A DNA stretch of 64,000 bases from Octopus sinensis (taxonomy: Eukaryota): NCBI RefSeq assembly GCF_006345805.1, contig NC_043023.1, forward strand, positions 16,430,001-16,494,000, given 5' to 3'. Each line of letters begins with the position of its first letter. The first letter of the stretch is position 1. The notes under the pieces were generated by a model, which did not search any database, had not been told where the DNA came from, and saw only the letters and a list, made by a program, of their open reading frames with translations. Positions 50,566-60,665 of this stretch are shown here, one piece after another. Made by a program: the position numbers and the translations under genes.

Positions 50566-51690
50566 ATCCAACCGGTTTCCACTTTAAACACTTTTTGCTA
50601 CATTTAGTGTGTCTTTTCTAATTGTGCTACCAATCCACTTCCTCCTTTTCTTAAATATTTGCTCCCTAATCAAAACTTGATTTGTTCATTGCCATAGCTC
50701 CATATTGCTTATGTGTTTGGGCCATCTAATTTTAAGTATACTACGCAAGCATCTGTTGATGAATGGTTTTATTTGCTTATTTGATTTAACTGTTGTTTGC
50801 CATGTCTCAGCCCCATACAATAACACCGCTTTTACGTTCGTGTTAAAAATTTTAACTTAAGTTAAGATAATTTTTGGGCTCAAAAAGCAAAAAAGCAAGG
50901 CCATGTAGGGGGACTTGGAGTTATGTACAGGGTGGTGTTCATGCAAAGAGTTCAGGCCATTTGTGGACAAGGGAGACTTTGAACCGAGCGGTCGTCGGCA
51001 TCTTCATTATCTCGTCCGGCAGCTTATTCCACGGAACCGCAACCCGGATGGAGAAGGGCCCTCTCCTTCGATTGAGATGAAATCGTCACAGATAGAGCTT
51101 TTCGGAGTGACCCCGCAGCCGACGCTCTGGAGCAGGAGTGAAGAACATCTCTTCCGAGAGGTTACTTTGTTGTTTATTGAAATTACACTTGCGCTCCATA
51201 CTTTCTTTAACAGGTGAAAAACGGTCCTTGCCTTACTTATTCTCACCTTAATATCTTCGTCGGTGCCACCTGAAAACGTTATCTTACTACCTGAATACAT
51301 AAACTTGGCTACATCCTCTTGTTCACCAGTTTCTAGTTTAATACATTCATTGTTTACTTCATTAACGTGCATAATTTTTGATTTGAGGTTGACTTTCAAT
51401 CCTAGTTTGGCAGCTATTGCTTCTAATTTTGACATTTTATTTTGCATTTGGCTATGTTTGTGAAAGCAGCCCCCTATCATCTGCAAAGTCGAGATCTTCT
51501 ACAGCTTCCACATCCGTCCATTCAATGCTTGTTTGGCTTTCAATCGTAGTTTCCTTCATAATCCAATCTATAACTAATAGAAATAAAAAGGGTGTAAGGA
51601 TACAGCCCTGTCGAACTCCTGTTTTTACTTCAAATTTATCTGTAGCTCCGTTTCCATGCAAGACTCGGCATGACATTCCTTGGTATGTTG
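50566..51690 (-). pseudogene. RTE-clade LINE RT relic, interrupted by a CR1 3' end (50852-51160)
   Basis: GVRQGCILTPFLFLLVIDWIM…DLDFADD, then …IKVRISKARTVF…, and after the CR1 insert …IFNTNVKAVLLYGAETW…. Confidence 0.8.
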
Positions 51691-51712
51691 GTCTTATATA
51701 TATATATGTATA

Positions 51713-51970
51713 TCATCATCATCATCATCATCATCGTTTAACGTCCGCTTTCCGCGCTAGCACGGGTTGGACGGTTTGACCGGGTCTGGGAAGCCAGGGG
51801 CCGCACCAGGCTCCAGTCTGATCTGGCAGAGTTTCTACGGCTGGATGCCCTTCCTAACGCCAACCACTCCGTGAGTGGATTGGGTGCTTTTTACGTGACA
51901 CCTGCACAGGGGCCGGAGGGTCCGGCATCGGTCACGATCGGTTCGAGCATTTTAACGTGTCAGCGGCACG
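51713..51970 (-). mobile_element. Family D SINE-like element
   Basis: (CAT)n CGTTTAACGTCCGC…GGATGCCCTTCCTAACGCC. Confidence 0.75.
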
Positions 51971-51983
51971 GGGGCAACGAGGT

Positions 51984-52047
51984 CCGGGGTACTTTGGGGA
52001 TCGGGGTACTTTGGGGATCCAGGGTACTTTGGGGTCCGGGGTACTTA
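51984..52047. repeat. 4 x 17-18-bp GGGGTACTTTGGGGATC-type repeat
   Basis: Visible directly in the sequence. Confidence 0.85.
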
Positions 52048-53045
52048 GAATGGGTAGGGGGTATGTGGAATTGCTGCAGAAAGCAGCCCGGGTCTTTGTA
52101 GTCACAGCATTTATCGTCACTGAGTAACGTAATTAGGTAGAGGAAAGAAATACAGATATTCTAGAGTTGAGTTGGGGAGGGGGGGTCCAGTTGAGGCGGG
52201 TAATATAGGGGAGCAACCAGTGGGGAAGGTTGGGGTAAGGAGGAACGATGGCAGGAAGGGGTTGGTGAAGGTTCCTAAGAAATAAAAACGTAGGATATTG
52301 AAATAAAAACGTAGGATATTACGAGGCGGGAGGGTACTAAAGGGGGTGGTCGGAATGAGGCAGTGTCAGGAGGAAGCGTAAGATCGGTGGGCAGTTGATG
52401 AGCTATGGCGCTAGCAGCTTCTCTTTTCACAGTGAAAGCATATGAGGAGAAGGGGTAGTGGGTGGAGGGGGAGGGAGTAGGGCGTACCCGGTGTAGATGA
52501 GTAAGGCGTATCCGGTGTAGATGGTGAGAACAGGGTATACTGGTATTGGTGGTGGGGGGTGAGAACAGTGTTCACCGGTATTGGTGGTGGTGGTGGTGAG
52601 AACAGAGTTCACCGGTATTGGGGGTGGGGGGCGGGCGCATGGCGGAAAGATGGGAAGAGATGGGATTACGGCTTGAGGTAGCCTAAGGTTAAATTTTGTA
52701 GAGAGAGAGATAGGAAAGATAAATCAAGTTATGGCGAAGGCTTGAAAGTAGCCTAAAAGGTTAAATTTTTTCGTAACAATGTATGAATAAACGTAGTAAC
52801 AACGAATAAAAATAGTAAGATAAATTTTTAAGAACTTGCTGCGGGCATCGATCGAGAGTTGAAATTGAAGAAGAAAGTAAGTTGAATTGGGAATTTAAAT
52901 TGCAGATATATACACACACACACATACACACATACACACATACATATAAATATATATATACACACACACATACATACAATAGGCTTCTTTTAGTTTCCAT
53001 CTATCAAATCCACTCACAAGTCTTTGAAATACACAAGTGTGTATG

Positions 53046-53077
<32 letters not shown>

Positions 53078-53269
53078 TATACATACACATGCACACATAC
53101 ACACACACACACATACATAGAATGGGCTTCTTTCAATTTCCATCTTGAAAATCCACTCACAAGGCTGATGCTGTAGTAGAAGACACTTTCCTGAGGTGCT
53201 GTGTAGTGGGACTGAACCCAGGACCATGTGATTTGGAAGCAAACTTCTTAACTGATTTCTTTATTTCAG

Positions 53270-53518
53270 GAATTGCTGTGCTCAATAGAAACCTCACCCT
53301 TTCGATAACAATACCGAACATGAAACGACCGGTGGTTTGGAAGTGCCAGAATTATAAATATGAATGTGACAAGACATGCGCTGATGGCCCTGACTATAAA
53401 GTGACACAGGATGGAGATACCTCCAAGCTTTGGATCAAAAAAGTAACTGAGAAATGTTCGACTTGGAAATTTGATGATGACAACCTTAATATTGGAAGAA
53501 TTGATTTGGAGATAAAGA
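53270..53518 (+). CDS. Exon 5, atypical Ig-like domain 2
   Basis: TTATTTCAG| … |GTAAGG; 249 nt, phase 1-1; 71/83 aa identical to exon 3. Confidence 0.8.
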
Positions 53519-54149
53519 GTAAGGAAATGATTTATAATAATTTCTTTATTGACCACAGAGGGCTAACACAAAGGAAAACATTCGGGAGGGTCCAGCGTGG
53601 GTTTTAGCATGTAAAAAGTCATACAAAGAATAAAAGAAAGTCAAAGTAACATCCCTGATAGTTTGGGGACTTTGAAGGGCCACACGTAAAGAAAGCCCAC
53701 AAAATCCAATGTCTCCCTGACCACCAGGGTGGATGCCCTCTCCCGGTCTTTCCTCTCCAATATACAGGTACACTCTGAGAGAAGGCCCATTCACTCAGGT
53801 AATGCTCACCTCTCTCACCCACCTTTCAACAAACTGCTTGGAAGCCAGCACTTACCTCTCCACCCTGATTTTCCTCTTCAAGTGAAACCTGAAAAAGTTT
53901 ATTAGGGTTTTGACAAAATGGCAGTTGCTGGTCTTCAGCCCTTTCAGACATGTCCACTATATGATCCCTTTTGCCATGGGCCCCGAGCAGATAAAAACTG
54001 GTTGCCCTTCCTGGTTGAAGGAAAGTAGAGGGGCCATCTTCACAATGGACTCAGCTGATAGTTGTATATAATAAGGGTTTCTTTTATTTGCCACAAGGGC
54101 AAAGGATGAGGGGGTCAATACCAAGGTGTGTGTGTGTGGAGGTTATATT

Positions 54150-54690
54150 ATCTTTCTCTTTTTACTTGTTTCAGTCATTTGACTGTGGCCATGCTGGAGC
54201 ACCGCCTTTAGTCGAGCAAATCAACCCCAGGATTTATTCTTTGTACTTATTCTATGAGTTCTCTTTTGCCGAACCACTAAGTAACGGGGATGTAGACAAA
54301 CCAGCAACGGTTGTCAAGCGATGTTTGGAGGACAAACAGACACACAAACACACACATATATACGACGGGCTTCTTTCAGTTTCCATCTACCAAATTGGTT
54401 CTCTTGCTGAACCGCTAAGTAACGGGGACGTAGACACCCCAGCATCGGTTGTCAAGCAATGCTAGGGGGACAAACAGACACACAAACACACACATATATA
54501 CGACGGGCTTCTTTCAGTTTCCATCTACCAAATTGGTTCTCCTGCTGAACCGCTAAGTAACGGGAATGTAGACACCCCAGCATCGGTTGTCAAGCAATGC
54601 TAGGGGGACAAACAGACACACAAACACACACATATATACGACGGGCTTCTTTCAGTTTCCGTCTACCAAATCCACTCACAAGGCTTTATA
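54150..54690 (-). mobile_element. Family A SINE with ~3 tandem internal repeats
   Basis: The AACC(A/G)CTAAGTAACGGG…TTTCAGTTTCC block recurs three times. Confidence 0.75.
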
Positions 54691-54890
54691 TAACCAAGCT
54701 CATGTGTGCAACATAGTGTTACTGGAAATTTTGATGGGGACTTTTCCTTTAGATCACTTTGAAATGGAATTTGTATAACAGAAATGAAAGTATTTTTTAA
54801 TAGTTTAGTATGAAAATGGTCAAACTTGGGAGATATTACTATTTTTTATTAAAAACAAAAGGTATATATTTTATTGTTTGTCAATTGCAG

Positions 54891-55021
54891 ATCCGAAACC
54901 TAAACCTCATGGACTAACTACACTTGAGATTGTCGGAATCATTTTTGGCTCACTGATCCTTGCTGCAATCCTTGTTGGACTCGCTTATTTCGGCTACAAA
55001 TATTTTAAAAATAACCATTAG
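54891..55021 (+). CDS. Exon 6, stalk + transmembrane helix + short tail
   Basis: TTGTCAATTGCAG|; phase 1; (N)PKPKPHGLTTLEIVGIIFGSLILAAILVGLAYFGYKYFKNNH, TAG at 55019-55021; AATAAA at 55189. Confidence 0.8.
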
Positions 55022-56072
55022 TATAAGAATGCTACAATTTGTGTTCTTTTCATCATCATCATCATCATCATCGTCTGCTTTCCATGCTAGCATGGGTTGG
55101 ACGGTTCAACTGATGTCTGGAAAGAAGAAATAATTCTGTTTATCAGAATAAGACTTTCACTGACTGCATTGGCATAGTTGGTTTTTAAAATAAATTATAT
55201 CCATATTTTAGCAATATTTCTTCCAAAACTCTGCTCCGTCTTTTACTGGGAGTTTAAAAATCTTAAAAGCTATTAACTGTATATTTATCAATTTAGGACA
55301 ACAACTAATTTCATTTATATAATTAACAGACAAAACTACATCAATACACTAAACTTGAAATCAATAAATTTGAAACCGAAGGAGCTGAAGGGAAAAACAC
55401 AAACAGAAAAGGTCCACTTTTTAAAATATTCTTTCCAGAAAAAGTGAGCGGTAGCAGATTCAGCATGGAAAATTACATGAATATTCCAAATTTGAAAATT
55501 TTGACTGAATCTTAGAATGCAAAAGAATGTGATGTGTATGTGTGTGTGTGGTGTCCCACCAACATGTGCTATTCCAATATAATTGCAATCTACACTTTCT
55601 TAAAGGTATTTCTCAAAATTTTCATTTAAAAATACCCATTTTTCCAGAAGTTATGAAGAAACAAAGTCGGTGGGGTACATTTGCATATGTATACCCATTG
55701 CTTTAGCATAAATATCTTCAATTATAATCAAAGGGTCACTGCTTCCGTAGCCAACGAGAACAAAATCCTTAAGCATAGGAAATGAAGTGTGACCCATTTC
55801 TTCCACCTGTGACATTTGCCACAGTGAAGTTCTTACCATTGTTGGCGCCTCGCCTTACAGAATGGGTTCGGTGATCCCTATAAGGGTACTTGCTGCACCT
55901 CCTGTTTGTGTTTCTTTTGGTTTAGGATTTGTATTTTAATGTGGTATTGTATTATACGTGTATCATGTAAAGACATGTTATATAAGATAAAACAACAGAA
56001 AAATAAGCCAACAAATCAAAATATTTACTTATTAAAAAAAATAAAAACTCTTTACAGAATTTGCAAGAAAAA

Positions 56073-56270
56073 TACGAGATGGTATCAAAAAGTTCTCAGA
56101 CAACCTATGTTTCATAAAAATTACTAATTTACCAAAGTTTTAACAAAATCTCCTGTGAAATACTCACCTTTCATAGCAATACACTGGCCCCACAATTCCT
56201 ACTGCTTCGGGAATCTGGCCTGGAAGTTGTTTTCTTTAAGCAAGTCAAGGACCTTTTGCGATTTTATTTC
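56073..56270. mobile_element. Possible mariner-type terminal fragment
   Basis: TACGAGATGGTATCAAAAAGTT resembles Tc1/mariner TIR starts. Confidence 0.35.
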
Positions 56271-56434
56271 CTTTTCTGTATAATTGTTTATTTATTTTTA
56301 TATCTGAAACGCTGATTATTTCTTGCATAAAATTATAAATTATTATCAAGTGTCCAACTTTTTTTTGTGTTATTGGATGGTTGTGAATGCCATAAAAGGT
56401 GCAAAATCTTTCCTTTCAGGTTCACAGCGAACAG

Positions 56435-56820
56435 TGGAGGTGCAATGGCCCAGTGGTAAGGGTAGTGGACTCGCAGTCGTAGGATCGCGGTTTCGATTCC
56501 CAGACCGGGCGTTGTGAGTGTTTATTGAGCGAAAACACCTAAAGCTCCACAAGGCTCCGGCAGGGATGGTGTTGATCCCTGCTGTACTCTTTCACCACAA
56601 TTTTCTCTCACTCTTACTTCCTGTTTCTGTTGTACCTGTATTTCAAAGGGCCGGCCTTGTCACTCTCTGTGTCACGCTGAATATCCCCGAGAACTACCTT
56701 AAGGGTGCACGTGTCTGTGGAGTGCTCAGCCACTTACACGTTAATTTCACGAGCAGGCTGTTCCGTTGATTCAGATCAATCGGAACCCTCGTCGTCGTAA
56801 CCGATGGAGTGCTTCCACCA
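56435..56820 (+). mobile_element. Full-length family B SINE
   Basis: Same head and body as 45968-46552. Confidence 0.8.
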
Positions 56821-56865
56821 CAGTGAACTACGACAGACAAATGGCAAAATTGGGAGAGAATTAGA

Positions 56866-57420
56866 CATCATCATCATCATTGTTTGACCGTGGTCAAGAC
56901 AATGGAATTTACCATGCTACGCCAGACTTCACAGTCCATCATAGCATTACGGAGGTCCTGTTGCTGGATGCCTGTATCCCTGGAGATTACATCAGAGTAG
57001 GAGAGTGTGCGCCCTCTGGTATCGCGACTGTGGTCGAGACAATGGAATTTACCATGCTACACCAGACTTCACGGTCCATCATGGCATTACAGAGGTCCTG
57101 TTGCTGGATGCCTGTATCCCTGGAGATTACATCAGGGTAGGAGAGTGTGCACCCTCTGGTATTATGAGTAGATGGCTTCCAGAGGAGAAGAGCAGAAATT
57201 ACCTCGTTTTCAGCTCTACAACAATGTCCAGCAAACTGGACTCTTCTACCTTTTACAAGAGATGACACGGGTGGTAGTTTCCCATATATATGTACTTTGG
57301 TTGGATGACGCTTCCACAAGAGATTTTGAGCTCTCATAAGGAGGCGAGTGTAGGTTCCATCCAACCGCCTCTCAAGCTTCTTTGATAACATCCAGGTTTC
57401 TGAGCCATAGAGTAGAAAAC
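56866..57420 (-). pseudogene. RTE-X-like LINE 3' end with (ATG)n tail and a 140-bp terminal duplication
   Basis: LLYGSETWMLSKKLERRLDGTYTRLL…RRVQFAGHC…MMDREVW; repeat starts at 56887 and 57027. Confidence 0.75.
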
Positions 57421-57762
57421 TTGAAGACTTGAATTAGACATAGAAGAATGAGAATCATTTCTTGACGAAGAACCAAATGAAGAGGAATCTGAAGAGAATT
57501 GAACCTGGTACCTCCAAGATGTTATCATGAAGATTCCATAAAAAGATGCTTGTTGTGCCCCAGGTCAAAAGATCGTAAGACAAGAAATTTCTTCCAAAAG
57601 AAGAGAGTAAAGCTGAGGAAGAAATAAGAGATGATGAGGGAGGAACTGAAGCAGATGGCATGTTGCAGACTTCACCAGATGATTCTTTAGAAGGAAGGGA
57701 AGAAGCTGATGATGAAGATGAACAGCAGACTTCCAGGAACAGAGAAAAACATTTTTGGAGCA

Positions 57763-58141
57763 AATCAAAATCAAAATTGCAATCGATCAACATCAATGGA
57801 ATTTGTAGCTGTGATACCAGTGTCGGTGGCATGTAAGGGAACCATCCGAACGTGGCCGTAGCCAGCGCCGCCCTGACTGGCCTCCGTGGCGGTGGTACGT
57901 AAAAAGCACCATCCGATTGTGGCCTTTGCCAGCGCTGCCTTGACTGGCTTCTGTGCCGGTGACACATTAAAAGCACCTACTACACTCACGGAGTGGTTGG
58001 CACTAGGAAGGGCATCCAGCTATAGAAACACTGCCAGATCAGACTGGAGCCTGGTGCAGCCTCCTGGCTTCCCAGACCCCAGTTGAACCGTCCAACCCAT
58101 GCTAGCATGGAAAACAGACGTTAAACGATGATGATGATGAT
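57763..58141 (+). mobile_element. Family D element nested in piggyBac
   Basis: Same (AAATC)n start as 33570, fewer internal repeats, (ATG)n tail. Confidence 0.78.
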
Positions 58142-58367
58142 AATGGAACTTTCTGGAAAGGAATTCCCCCATGCCTTCCACGGCATACACGTGCATAGAA
58201 CAATTACCAGGATTCCCCAGGACCCAAGAGGAGCAGCAAAACCTGTGTCTGCTGTAAAGGTCTTTGTTTCTCAGACAAGAACTTCTGAATGAATTCGAAG
58301 CTTGCAGTAATATCTACATTGAAAATAAACAACGAAAATATGAAGATAGGTGAAAAGAGACACTTAG

Positions 58368-58920
58368 GCGTAGGAGTGGCTGTGTGGTAAGTAGCTTGCT
58401 TACCAACCACATGGTTCTGGGTTCAGTCCCACTGCGTGGCATCTTTGGCAAGTGTCTTCTATTATAGCCTCAGGCCAACCAAAGCCTTGTGAGTGGATTT
58501 GGTAGACGGAAACTGAAAGAAGCCCGTCGTATATATGTAGGCGTAGGAATGGCTGTGTGGTAAGTAGCTTGCTTACCAACCACATAGTTCTGGGTTCAGT
58601 CCCACTGCGTAGCATCTCGGGCAAGTGTCTTCTACTATAGCCTCGGGCCAACCAAAGCCTTGTGAGTGGATTTGGTAGACGGAAACTGAAAGAAGCCCGT
58701 CGTATATATGTATATAAACGTGTGTGTTTGTGCCCCCAACATCACTTGACAACCGATGCTGGTGTGATTACGTCCTCGTAACTTAGCGGTTCGGCAAAAG
58801 AGACCGATAGAATAAGTACGAGGCTTACAAAGAATAAGTCTTGGGGGTCGATTTGCTCGACTAAAAGGCGGTACTCCAGCATGGCCGCAGTCAAATGACT
58901 GAAACAAGTAAAAGAGTAAT
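58368..58920 (+). mobile_element. Double-headed family A SINE nested in piggyBac
   Basis: Heads at ~58374 and ~58546, one body. Confidence 0.8.
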
Positions 58921-59384
58921 GAAAGGGAGATGAAAGCTACAATAGGACTTCTTTATCTGTTGGGAGTTTTACAGGCAACCGAACGAATATGGAAGATGTT
59001 TGGGCAATGGACGGTACAGGAATTAAAATTTTTCCAGCAACTATATATTTGCAGAAGTTTCATTTCTCGCTGGGGTCTCTGAGGTTTGATGACATCCACA
59101 CCTGAGCTGAAAGGAGGCGAGAGGATAAGATTGCACCTTTTAGAAAGTCCTTTGAGAAATTTATGGCTAAGTGTATCTTGAATTATAATGTCTCAGTGTA
59201 TGCGACAGTAGATGAAATGTTGGCTGCCTTTACAGAGAACTATCCATTTTAAACCAGCAAAATATGGCATAAAAATTTTTTCTTTTGGCCGATGCTAAAA
59301 CTTTCTATGCATCATATATGGAGGTCTACTTGGGGAAACAAGCAGAAGGCCCTTCTATAGGTAATTCAGGAGAAGCAGTGCTAG

Positions 59385-59760
59385 TGGAGGCGCAATGGTC
59401 CAATGGTTAGGGCAGCGGACTCGTGGTCAGAGGATCGCGGTTTTGATTTCCAGACCAGGCGTTGTATGTGTTTATTGAGCGAAAAACACCTAAAGCTCCA
59501 TGAGGCTCCAGCAAGGGGTAGTGGCGACCCCTGTTGTACTCTTTCGCCCCAACTTTCTCTCACTCTTTCTTCCTGTTTCTTGTCCCCGACTTCCTACGCA
59601 ACCACTGAGCCTGGATGCGCATTCATCCATCCGTCGATGCTCTCAGTGTCGGGGGTTGACCTGCTTTCTCTCCTGCGGGTCTTACGAATAGCAAAGGACC
59701 ACGTTTCGGACTTCTCCCACAAGGACGAAGATCGCTACACTCAACAGCAACAGCAGCAGT
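59385..59760 (+). mobile_element. Family B-headed SINE with a distinct 3' tail, nested in piggyBac
   Basis: GGAGGCGCAATGG head, (CAG/CAA)n tail and GCAGTG duplicated at the flanks. Confidence 0.75.
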
Positions 59761-60409
59761 GGTAAAATGGTTGGGGTCTCATATAAAAGGGTCTGGAAGA
59801 AATATTACCATGGATAATTGGTTTACAAGTTATGGATTTAGAGTTAATCTCTTGGAGAAATATAGATTAACATTTGTTGACCCTTTCAGAAAGAACAAGA
59901 TAGAACTTCCCCCTCAGTTTGTTGCCACAAGAGGCAGAACTGAATATACAAGCTTGTTTGGTTTCCAGAAGGATGTTACACTGACCCCATATGTTCCCAC
60001 GAAAAGTAAAATGTCGTCCTATGGAGTACAATGCATCATGATGCTGCAATTGATGTAAGTACGAAAGAAAAAAGAAAACCAGAGATTAGAACCTTCTACA
60101 ACATTACTAAAGGAAGGGTAGGCCCCGTGGTGGATCAATTGTGTTCCATGTACGATGTTTCCAGAAATACTCGATGTTGGCCACTTACAGTTTTCTTCAC
60201 CATACTCAATGTTGCAGGAATAAATGTATACAATATGTTCATGGCAAACCCTCAAACAGCTATCAGGGTCTGAAAGTTTCTGAGGGAATCGGGACTGAAG
60301 TTGGTGGAGGACCAAATTCATCATTGCAAGACAAAACCCATCCATATTTGAGGAAAGACATGGAAAATAAGATTCGACATTTCTCAGCATCTAAAGAATT
60401 ACCTCCAAG

Positions 60410-60665
60410 ATGGCATGTAAAAAGCACCATCCGATCGTGGCCGTTACCAGCCTCCCCTGGCACCTGTGCCGGTGACACGTAAAAAGCACCCACTACACTC
60501 ATGGAGTGGTTGTCGTTAGGAAGGGCATCCAGCCATAGAAACACTGCCAGATAAGACTGGGCCTGGCACAGCCTTCTGGTGCAGCCTTCTGGCTTCCCAG
60601 ACCCCAGTTGAACCGTCCAACCCATGCTAGCATGGAAAGCGGACGCTAAACGACGATGATGATGA
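60410..60665 (+). mobile_element. 5'-truncated family D element nested in piggyBac
   Basis: Splits CCTCCAA|GATGTTATC, which is intact at 57510. Confidence 0.78.

Noticed and set aside
55021-55027. Possible donor GTATAAG overlapping the TM-exon stop codon, which would extend the cytoplasmic tail
   Set aside because: Weak donor match and no convincing downstream exon found; not excluded without RNA data.
55651-55839. YPTDFVSS motif reminiscent of Helitron helicase YPxEFLNS (similar at ~27100)
   Set aside because: A single short motif with no flanking conserved blocks.
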